Assembly: GCA_024626585.2 (NCBI GenBank)
Contig: JANKJI020000002.1
Location: forward strand, 150,525,458 to 150,552,108
Length of the DNA stretch: 26,651 nucleotides
Direction of reading: 5' to 3'
DNA from: Ginkgo biloba
Lineage: Eukaryota; Plantae; Ginkgophyta
In this document: piece by piece, positions 1-9,576 of the stretch
Layout: each line of letters begins with the position of its first letter
Numbering within the stretch: position 1 is the stretch's first letter
Notes under the pieces: generated by a model
Database searches by the model: none
Seen by the model: the letters and a program-made list of their open reading frames with translations, nothing else
What the model was told of the DNA's origin: nothing
Program-made: the position numbers and the translations under genes

Positions 1-2692
1 ATTTGCATGGGGAATACAATCCTTTACACTATATATTATTATTCATATGTAAATAGATTAGTTGGTATACAAATATAAAGGTAAAATATTACCATCAATT
101 ATTTTCTAACTTATAATTATCTTTGTATTAATGAGAAATAATGGATCGATACATTGGGAATTTAATTCTTACACATACACATAAACTCACTCACGCACAC
201 ACACACACACACATTATTTTATTTTATGATGTAGGAAATTCAATCTAGTCAAGTAAGCATAATATAATTTTACTCATGCATGATTCAACTAAGAGATGAA
301 TTATATATTCCCTATTATGGGTTATTATTCCTTTAATATATAGTCGATATATATATGCAAAGGTAGAACTTGAATAATTAGAATGTATTCACATGTATCA
401 CAAAGATTTATGAATGTAGCTTTATAATGGATTAGTAGATGTAACAAATTGTAATGTTATTACAACAATATTTAGATATAGGTTGATGTCTTATTTTTCC
501 ATCATCCCTCATTAGAGGACCACATAATATGCATGAAAGATATCAAGATGTTATGGCAATAGTGAGGGCATTGGGAAAACATGACTTATTAATCATATTT
601 ACATGCAATATTTAGTGGATAGAGATTATTTCATAGCTATATCCATTTCACATGCCTTAGGATTGCCCTAATTTAGTGACTAGAGTATTTTACATAAATA
701 TTAAAGAGTTGATGAATGATTAACTAAGAAACATGTGCTAGGATGTATGAATAGACACATTTATGTTGTTGAGTTTCAAAAATATGGATTACCACATGTG
801 CATATATTACTCATTCTATTAGAGTATGCTAATCCAAGAAGCATTGAAGTGTACAATTATATTATCTCTATATAAATACCATATCTTAATGAACATCCAA
901 GTGCATGTGCAACTATATTGGATACTATGATACATGGCCCACATGCTATAATGTGATTGAATTTTGCTTATATGAAAGAAGTAAAATGAATTAAACATTA
1001 TCCATGTGACTTTACATCTAATACCTAGAAGATGAAGATGCATATCCCAAATATTGATGTAGGGATAACATGCATTCCATAATCATAATATTAGGTAGGT
1101 AGATTAGGATGGACAATTCATGGGTAGTTTCACATAACCTTTATTTATGTATGAAGTATACTTCATATATTAATGTAGAAATTTATAGCACCATAAAAGT
1201 AGTGAATTTCTTATACAAATATGTATACAGGGGCCATCATGCGACAATAATTATGCAAGCGCTAAGAAAAACAACTACAATCAACATAGATATGCAAATG
1301 GAGAATAATAGCATGAAAATTGATGCATTGAAGCAATGGATGGATGCATGATATCTCTCTCCTTTAGTATGCTATTAGATATTGTTTCACATACGTATGC
1401 ATAATGCATTACATAATATAATACACATAGTGATCCATCTTCCTGGGATGTAAATGGTATACTTTTGGGAAAATCATAAAGTTATAGATGTATTGAATGA
1501 CGAGAATCTTAACACAACTTTGATAGCCNNNNNNNNNNNNNNNNNNNNNNNNNNNNNNNNNNGTAAGACAATATTTATATAAAAAAATACCAAAATTTTA
1601 TACGTGGGATAGACAAGTGAATAGGTGAGAAAAATTCATAAGGGGATAATCATCTAAAATCAGAAAAATATATTTTGTTCAACCATTCAACAAAGAACAA
1701 TTTCATCTTTGATTACTTATATTGAATGTGGTAGGATCTACAAGTTTTGAGGATTATTTGTGGAGTTATATACCTATCATAAAATCAATCTNNNNNNNNN
1801 NNNNNNNNNNNNNNNNNNNNNNNNNNNNNNNNNNNNNNNAATTGAAGCTACACATTAATATATAACTAGATCAAAACTAAGCATGATCTTTTTATACAAA
1901 CTAGTTTATTCTAACCTAATAAATCCTCACCAATTATGGACTAAGCATTTGGATAGTCTAATATGTGAATTAAAATTATAATATTCATAGATTCACATTA
2001 TAAAATAGATTGAGAGTATGGAATTATGGGATTGGAATGAAACTTTCTTTGANNNNNNNNNNNNNNNNNNNNNNNNNNNNNNNNCTATGGATCTCAATGA
2101 GCGCAATGATGCTAAACAACTTCTAATGAAGGATGATTTGGATTGTGATATAGATAATATTAAGTCACAATTTGAATAAAACTATTAATGTTGAATTTAG
2201 ATTAGTAGTATTATTTTTAAAAGGTTGTGTAATCAATGAATTTGGACTACATCCTAACACAATGGCATCTTAGAGATGGGCTAGGTGGAATAAGAAATAC
2301 CTTTTTATACAACAAAATCTTGGCTTATNNNNNNNNNNNNNNNNNNNNNNNNNNNNNNNNNNNNNNNNNNNNNNNNNNNNNNNNNNNNNNNNNNNNNNNN
2401 NNNNNNNNNNNNNNNNNNNNNNNNNNNNNNNNAATGTTACAGGAACATTTTAATTACTTGGTATTGGTACAATTGCAAGAGACACAATTTATTAGAGTTG
2501 CATTATTATTTATATGGAACAAGGAGTTGATGATGCATAAACATAAATTTAAAGTTGTTGATCACTCACTGAGAGACATTATGCAAATAATATAAATTAA
2601 TTTAGAAAATATAACATTTCTCTTTGGTGGATACTTTCAACAAGTCTTACTGGTTATACCACATGGAACTAAAGAAGATATGGTATATTCTT
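1..2692 (+). mobile_element. Degenerate Helitron Rep/Pif1-helicase coding region (stops, frameshifts, N-gaps; extends off the left edge)
   Basis: Manual translation gives PSSLIRGPHNMHERYQDVMAIVRALGKHDLLIIFTCN (~499-609, Rep motif 1 region), VVEFQKYGLPHVHILL (765-812, HUH motif 2) and DNSWVVSHNLYLCMKYTSYINVEI...FLYKYVYRGH (ORF 1109-1351, motif 3 YxxKY). Helicase remnants follow: DGLGGIRNTFLYN (decayed Walker A, cf. DGPGGTGKTFLY), LFIWNKELMMHKH..VDHSLRDIM (cf. IIWDEAPM..VDRTLRD) and GGYFQQVLLVIP (cf. GGDFRQILPV). The order matches the RepHel protein. Confidence 0.93.
196..213. repeat. (CA)n microsatellite inside the Helitron
   Basis: Visible cacacacacacacacaca run. Confidence 0.85.
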
Positions 2693-3138
2693 NNNNNNNN
2701 NNNNNNNNNNNNNNNNNNNNNNNNNNNNNNNNNNNNNNNNNNNNNNNNNNNNNNNNNNNNNNNNNNNNNNNNNNNNNNNNNNNNNNNNNNNNATAATTAT
2801 TTTTGTGCTTCCTAGGAACTCAAGTAAAGACGTGCCCACTTATCTTCGATGAAAATGTGTTCTATTATTCATTAAATGAGAAAAGAGTATCCAAGAATGA
2901 AGAACACTAAGGAACAAAAAGTAAGGCCTAGTCACTACATGTCTTGGGAGAAAATCTCTTCTATTCTCACTAAAGAAGGAAAAGAATTGAGGGAGGAGAT
3001 GAACTTTGCAGATGAAAAAATATCATTTAATGTGGTTCATTAACGGAGGATTAGGTTGCTCCATGTCTTGGGTGAAATAGTGCATCCTTGTTCAAAAAGG
3101 GAAAAAGAGGCATCTAAGAGAGAGTTTCTCCTTATGTT

Positions 3139-3752
3139 GGATGAAAAGTTCTCCTTGAGTGACAAATAAAAAAAGGCAACCCCTAGGAGATTTACGTCCT
3201 TACTTTGATAAGTGTGCCCTATATGTCTTGGGAGAGAAAATAATCCCTTATTTGATGAGGGAGGAATAAGGATATAGGATATGAACACCAAGGAATATGA
3301 GACCCATCTCTATATCATTCTAGGTGAGAAAGTGCTCCCTTAGTTGATAAGGGAAGAATAAGAAACTAGGACATGAACACCAAGGAATTCATAATCTAGT
3401 TGTGCCTCATCCTAGGTGAGAAATTCCTCCTTTAGTCAATAATAGATAAAAAAAGATCTAATATGTGAACAATAAGGAAGATGGGACCCAATTGTGCCTC
3501 ATCCTGGGTGATAAAGTGCCCTCTTAGTCAATAAGGGAGGAATAAGGAGTCATAACACAAACACTAAGGAAGGTGGAACCAAATTATTATTCATCCTGGG
3601 TGAGAAAGTGCTCCCTCAGTTGATAAGGGAGGACAACGAATTCAAGATACAAACACCAAGGAAGGTGGGACCCATTCATGCCTTGTCTTGGGTGAGAAAG
3701 TGATCCCTTAGTCAATAAGAGAGGAACAAAGATTCAAGACATGAACACCAAG
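3139..3752. repeat. 92-bp tandem repeat array, about 6 clear units plus degenerate units back to ~2840
   Basis: The GGWGAGAAAG anchor recurs at 3231, 3323, 3415, 3507, 3599 and 3691 (exact 92-bp steps), with a weaker copy at 3139. Units share the blocks TCCCTYAGTYRATAAGGGAG and RAACACCAAGGAA. Confidence 0.92.
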
Positions 3753-4049
3753 TTATGATAGCTTCCTAAAGCAACTAGGGAGAAAATAGGGACCTAAGAA
3801 TATCAAAAGGCTCCTTGTCCTTGGTATTTCTTGGGTGTGATAAGGATAAATATTATTTCTATTCCTTTTCCAATTGGATAGTTATAGAGAATGATTTGTC
3901 TTCTTTTGACAGTGGGGCACTTAAAAGGGGCACTCGGCCACATAAATGGNNNNNNNNNNNNNNNNNNNNNNNNNNNNNNNNNNNNNNNNNNNNNNNNNNN
4001 NNNNNNNNNNNNNNNNNNNNNNNNNNNNNNNNNNNNNNNNNNNNNNNNN

Positions 4050-4912
4050 TTGATCAATAACTCTTCCATCCTCTATGGATTTGAGTGATGATTTGGCCAA
4101 CACCTCTTGACATGGGACTTTGTTTGTTGTCTCCTTTTCTTATAAACCTTATCTTCTTCATCTGACTATTTGGAATCCATCTCTGTTCTATTCTTAAGAT
4201 TGGTCCTATTCCTAAGGAATTTTTGGGTAGTTGGAGGCGAAGTGTCTATATTCATGGAAGGGGTTGTAGCTATATGGATTGATTTCATAGTCTAATCATT
4301 AGATATGTTGAAATCCCCTAATATTAAGCTTGATGTCATTTGGTAGGCCATCCTTAAGGTTTTCTTTAATACAAATTATTACATAGGCGGTGACATATTT
4401 TTTTCTAGTTCCTTTGAAAACCTTGATAAATTTATGTACCAAGTTACCTATACCTTTCAATATTGTAAAGGTAGTATTATAGAAATGATAAGTGGATCCA
4501 TAGGGGTACTTATTAAGGGACTTCCTCCATGGGGTTAAATTTAATATGAAAAAAGTTGAGATATAAACCACTTCGACCTATGAACCATGTCCCCCTTCAA
4601 AAATATAGTCTTTATCCACTTTATTCTTGAAGATTGCAAGAAAGAAACCTCTCCCATANNNNNNNNNNNNNNNNNNNNNNNNNNNNNNNNNNNNNNNNNN
4701 NNNNNNNNNNNNNNNNNNNNNNNNNNNNNNNNNNNTAAACATTTCCACAAACCATTGAACCATCCTATTAAAGTGTTCTCATTCAAAATACTTAGGTCCT
4801 CGCTAATTTTTGTTAAGTCAACATTCAACTCAGGCATAAAATTTGCCTTCTTGACAAACAATGGAATGTTGGTATGCTTGGTGTGGATTCCTTGATTCTC
4901 CCTTACATTCAA
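4050..4912 (-). mobile_element. L1-type LINE ORF1 remnant (DUF4283-like RRM region plus decayed CCHC zinc knuckle)
   Basis: The minus strand reads ENTLIGWFNGLW, GRGFFLAIFKNKVDKDYIFEGG, LKGIGNLVHKFIKV..AYVIICIKENLKDGLPNDIKLNIRGFQHI, then LDYEINPYSYNPFHEYRHFASNYPK (cf. LDYE.LPF.C..CHEYGHF...CP of plant L1 ORF1). Confidence 0.85.
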
Positions 4913-5531
4913 AGGATTTCCCTAAAGTTCTAATTTTTATCAGTGAGAAGGTGAGTTGACATTTCTAGGGGACTTCCCCCATAACTAGAGATGACATTGC
5001 ATAGGAGTGACTAAAGCTTGCAGATACGGTCCAAGTCTAAGTTGTCACAGATAATTCTTTACCTATAGTAATTTTTTTATCATGTACATATACACTATGT
5101 TAATATATGTATNNNNNNNNNNNNNNNNNNNNNNNNNNNNNNNNNNNNNNNNNNNNNNNNNNNNNNNNNNNNNNNNNNNNNNNNNNNNNNNNNNNNNNNN
5201 NNNNNNNNNNNNATGATTTTGTATTTTTTTTGCGATTATTGGTATTTTCTTCTGACCAACACTTTTCTTAGCCAAAATCATAGAACTTTATAATTTTAAA
5301 CTAAAGGTATTCTTGTCAAGGGTGCTACCCCTAAAACCTTTCTCAGGCCACTACCCCTAGGACCCTAAAAGAGACTTAAAAAAATTATTAGTCTTAAACT
5401 AGATAGTTGAACAAGGTTAATTTTTTAAACCAATATCGTTGATTCTTTATGAAATTATCATCTTCTTTCCAATATGAAGATTAAAGTTGATAATTATCCT
5501 TCATCATCGAATATGACCTAGATCAGTTTGA

Positions 5532-5735
5532 TTTTTTTTTTTTTATGCATGGGGTACTAGTAAGAGAGACCAATTTTCTCACCAAAGACAAGGGTTTGAG
5601 TCAGGCCTATCCCTAATCCCCATGTCCCGTGATGATGCCCCTACACATCATAGGGTTGAAACGAGGGGAATGGAACCTCAGTCTAGTGGGTATCAATCCA
5701 AAGCCACGCCAGTTTTGCCACACCCTTGGGGGCGA
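5532..5735 (-). mobile_element. tRNA-derived SINE (~200 bp) with poly(A) tail and probable target-site duplication
   Basis: On the minus strand, A box TGGCAAAACTGG (5720-5709) and B box GGTTCCATTCC (5677-5667) are 31 bp apart. The poly(A) tail is the T13 run at 5532-5544. Flanking direct repeats ATCAGTTTGA (5522-5531) and ATCAATTTGA (5736-5745) differ by 1 mismatch. Confidence 0.8.
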
Positions 5736-6059
5736 ATCAATTTGAATTGAAGGCCTTTGTATGGAGGGATTATTTATATATATATAAGATGTAGGGATCA
5801 AATAACTTTATGAAATTCAAAATATCTACATGAGTGTGTATATTTTTTTCATTAGATATTCTTCCCATTAGATCATAAATATTAAAGTTGACTTAAAAAT
5901 TAATTTGATGGTACTAATTAAACTAAATATTCTCCTTATAGTATAACACTAACATATTGGATTGAGAAGTATGAGTCTACAAAGAAGAAAATAGGATAAA
6001 TCCATTAAAGAGAGAAGCATTAAATAATAATATAAATTCATTATTAAGATAAACCAAGG

Positions 6060-6979
6060 TATGAATCAAAACTCTTTCTTTTACTAGTTCCCATATTGAA
6101 AATATCTAAAGGTGGAACATTTCTCAAATCCTATAAAAATTATTGATTTACTATAGAAATGTATAATTAGTGGTAAGTAAAAAGACACATTGGGGGTAAG
6201 AATAGACTTAAATAACTAAAAAGAACTTATGGCCAAAAAGGAGTGACGACGAAGGATATACATATCAACACACTCTATGGATATTGATTAGGGATGAATT
6301 GGAAAGAGTGAAATATACAATCCATTCAATATAAATACCTATAAGATATATATCATATTTAATAAGGGAATTTATTATTGAAGAAAATCCCATTATACTT
6401 AAATAATATTATTATCATAATCTTTTGAAGGTACTTCAATTAATTTATTATGAGAGAAATTATTAATTAATTTAATATTGTGTTTAAACATTTTAAAATT
6501 AAAAGTTAATATATTACAATTGTATACAATAATAACAATTTATATTATCTATCCATTATTTCTTGTTATATTACCTACAATATGATATATATAGGTTGTC
6601 ATCATTTGTAAGGTATGATTTATAAATTAATTAAATTAGCATGTATATAAATTTATTGGATTTTTATAATGGCATATTGTGACATTGTTATACATATTTA
6701 TTTTATGTTATTAAGAAACTATAAATAATATATTTTTACTTGTATAGAAGGTGGATAACATCAAAAGAGTTTCATGTAATTATCATACCCTAATGAATGA
6801 ATAAGATTTTTGAAATTATTTGCACATTTAAGGAAGAATTACCTACTAGTTTTATGGATATACAAGTCCATATGCTAGTAAATTTAGTTGATGATATTGA
6901 ACTAGAAGGTGTTTTATCTTATAAATGGATGTTATACTTAAATATTTTCATGAATACATTAAATGTATTTGTAAGACAT
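6060..6979 (+). mobile_element. CACTA (En/Spm) transposase remnant, DUF4218 region, probably intron-interrupted
   Basis: ORF 6797-6991 reads IICTFKEELPTSFMDIQVHMLVNLVDDIELEGVLSYKWMLYLNIFMNTLNVFVR (cf. LC.LEK.FPPSFFDIMVHL.VHL......G.V..RWMY..ERYM..LK.YVR). Upstream fragments HIEN (~6091) and KDTLGVRIDL (~6181) also fit, and an AT-rich intron-like spacer ends at ttgtatag ~6748. The left boundary is approximate. Confidence 0.8.
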
Positions 6980-7359
6980 TGGCGCAAGTAGGACGACGAT
7001 AGAGTAGCCACCACCTGCCCACTTGCTTTAAGGATCTTTCCCTCGACGTTAAAATTACCTAAACTTAATTACACGAATATTACTACGCTTGCAGAAAAAA
7101 AAAAAGGAAATAGTTCGGGTATACAATCACACAATAAAAGGAATAAATTGACACGACAATTTTGAACTGGAGAAACCTTATCAGGGAATAAAACTCTAGG
7201 TGTATTGAATAGGTATAAAATTGGGTCTAAGCCCTTATAAACACACATAACCAACTAGCTGGATTAACGTGGCTCACAGCCTACACATTCGCCCACCAAA
7301 ATTACAATACATCCCGTGGACTCACCACTCTTCCTCTGACAGGATAAGTATGTAATTTT
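6980..7359 (-). mobile_element. LTR fragment truncating the CACTA remnant, distantly related to the LTRs at 16472 and 19988
   Basis: Composition changes abruptly at TG 6980. AACTGGAGAAACC...GGGAATAAAACTCTAGGT (7165-7201) is shared with 20349-20385 and 16869-16893. The other end runs into a gap. Confidence 0.55.
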
Positions 7360-7861
7360 NNNNNNNNNNNNNNNNNNNNNNNNNNNNNNNNNNNNNNNNN
7401 NNNNNNNNNNNNNNNNNNNNNNNNNNNNNNNNNNNNNNNNNNNNNNNNNNNNNNNNNNNAAACCGACACAAATTTGAACTATTATTATCTAGATTTAAAT
7501 ATTTGTTTACTCAACCCACACCTTGGATTCTTGTTGTAATTGGAATCAAAATACTTATCGAGGCATATTGCAAATATAAATTTACAATACATGTTTTTGC
7601 ACCCAATGCTATGTTTAAGGCGTTATAGCTTTGCAAGAGGCCATAGCAATCTCATAAGCCAGAAACTTACATTTCCAATATGTCAATTTCAAGGTGGATA
7701 TGAAATTTACAAGCATACAAGGCGATTCTTTGAGTGCACTACAACTTTGTCTCCATTGTAGTAGGTGATGATAACTATAAGCGATAAGATAGACTGGCCA
7801 CCTATTTTCCTTGATTTCGTCAACAATCGAGCAATTTTACCCAAAGCAATTATCTTCCGCC

Positions 7862-7868
7862 TATAAAA
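7862..7868 (+). promoter_or_regulatory. Candidate TATA box of the thaumatin-like gene
   Basis: ccTATAAAAg lies about 70 bp upstream of the inferred exon-1 coding start at 7936. Confidence 0.6.
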
Positions 7869-7935
7869 GCCTCCAACATTTAATTTAATAACCATTCTCG
7901 CTAATACCCAATAATCTAAATTCTATTCTGAAGCC

Positions 7936-8833
7936 ATCGATACTAATTCCAATTTCAAGTTCGCGCGAGTCGCATTAACATTTTTCTTGGCATGTATATC
8001 AGGTACAAAATCAGCTATCACGTTTGTTTATTTCTCACAATCTTTCTGCTAATAGTTCATTATCTGCGTTATGTTTTTAATGAATAAAAATGGTAAATAC
8101 TATGAGAGAGAGAGTGTGTAATATTGCAGGTGGATACATTGATACCCATTTGAACTTGGGAAACAAAGGCCCATTTCTAGTATGGCGAGGGATAGCCCCC
8201 AATGAAAGACAGGTGGCGATGGCGAACGGAGGATTCATTCTGGACCGTGATCCCATGAAAAAAGTGGTGGGTCCATGGGCATGGCAAGGCTCTGTGTGGG
8301 CTCCAATAGGTTGCAATTTTGATTCGAGGGGGACAGGTGAATGCGGAGGAAAGGTAGAGTGCAATGGGCAACCCCTGGTGACTCTCGTACAGTTGAGCAT
8401 TCAAACCGAGGGGAAGCCAAGTTTCTACGACGCCAGCTTTGTCGACGGCTTCAACGTGGGCGTCAGCGTGAGTAGCAGAGGATCACTTGGGCGTTGCAGC
8501 AGTGCAGGGTGCGTGGCCTACGTGAACGGATACTTTCCAAGGGAATTGCAGGTCCTCAGCTCCGGCCAGGTCGTTGCCTGCAACAGCGCTTCCTACGCCT
8601 TCGACCCCGACCAGTTTTGCTGCCGAAATGAATTCAACACCCCAAATATTTATTCCCGCATATGCATGGAGGCCCGCCCTGCAGCTTACAGCTATGCCTC
8701 CGACACTCCATCTCCCCTCTTTATCTGCATCACTTCCGACTTCACCATTACCTTCTGTCCATCTAATGTCGATTCCTCTACCCGACTCTCCTGGTATGAC
8801 GACTCTCTTTATTCACTCCCGCAACCTGTGTAG
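7936..8833 (+). pseudogene. TLP: Thaumatin-like protein (PR-5 / osmotin-like) gene, two exons 7936-8002 and 8130-8833; probable young pseudogene or highly divergent copy
   Basis: ORF 8090-8833 has thaumatin motifs N.[C]PF.VW.G, GGF.L, W.G.VWA..GC.FD, CGGK.EC.G, FYD.S.VDGFN, VVAC.SA, DQFCCRN.FNTP, YSYA.D and TITFCP. Upstream, IDTNSNFKFARVALTFFLACISG (7936-8002) is signal-peptide-like and joins in frame through a phase-1 GT..CAG intron (8003-8129). The expected start codon is ATC, and 6 of 16 Cys are missing. The family call is very secure; pseudogene status is less so. Confidence 0.8.
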
Positions 8834-9576
8834 CTCATCAAAACTCCTTTCCATTTACATGCGCCTACCTTATAAACTGTTACGATTATATTATATTGTT
8901 CTTGTAGCAATACACAATGTCGTCTAATTTATTTTTCGAACTACCCATCTATTGCATGACATCAATATGAGGTGTATTATTTTTTATTTCTCCAATGCAT
9001 CAAGTGTTTNNNNNNNNNNNNNNNNNNNNNNNNNNNNNNNNNNNNNNNNNNNNNNNNNNNNNNNNNNNNNNNNNNNNNNNNNNNNNNNNNNNNNNNNNNN
9101 NNNNNNNNNNNNNNNNNNNNNNNNNNTCAGGAATAATAAAAAATATCACACAATCTTGACAAATTTATTACATTTAAAGCATTTTGCTTGCACAATTACA
9201 CCACAAGAAATCTTTTTATCCTTTGAACCTTTGTAAAGCCACTCATATGCCTTACTTGTTACTATTTGTAAACTAGCAACACTAGTGGTTATATAATAAA
9301 TGCTAATCACAATAAACTACGCATTCAATTAGTATTATTCAAACTACAACTTATATGAGTGGTCATCATGTCATATCCTATGCATTTAAAAGTAAAATAA
9401 ATTAATGTTAAGAGTGTGTTACTGATTTCTAAGAAAAAAGGCACTTAAGTTGTGACCCACTAAATACAATAAACTAGTTGTTTATAAGCTTTTTGGATTA
9501 ATGCATGTTATGTGTTCTACTAGAACATATCGTTAGTTTATAAATTAAAAGTTGAATTTAATATGTAGCCTAAATT

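Noticed and set aside
3139-3752. CRISPR-like array (regularly spaced palindromic repeats)
   Set aside because: The sequence between palindromes is homologous from unit to unit rather than unique spacers, the repeats are degenerate, there are no cas genes, and the context is plant nuclear DNA.
3803-5281. ORFs spanning N-runs (also at 8952, 15806, 16747, 22445, 25124)
   Set aside because: Their length is an artefact of X codons across gaps. They are informative only where they overlap the transposon domains already listed.
5320-5370. Short doublet CTACCCCTA(A/G)(A/G)ACC, superficially telomere-like
   Set aside because: Only two copies and not a TTTAGGG array. It is probably a fragment of a dispersed repeat and too short to classify.
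5667-5720. tRNA gene
   Set aside because: A and B boxes are present but there is no convincing cloverleaf. The poly(A) tail and TSD indicate a SINE.
8090-8129. ORF-track N-terminus MVNTMRERVCNIA as the ancestral TLP start
   Set aside because: It is not signal-peptide-like, includes an (AG)n run and ends at a TGCAG acceptor. It is best read as intron, although use through intron retention is not excluded.
1-8833. Helitron- or CACTA-mediated capture of the TLP gene
   Set aside because: No element termini bracket the gene, and several unrelated insertions and gaps intervene.
8077-8927. Overlapping antisense and alternative-frame ORFs (8077-8400, 8177-8404, 8235-8420, 8574-8927)
   Set aside because: Shadow ORFs expected in a GC-rich coding exon, with no recognisable motifs.
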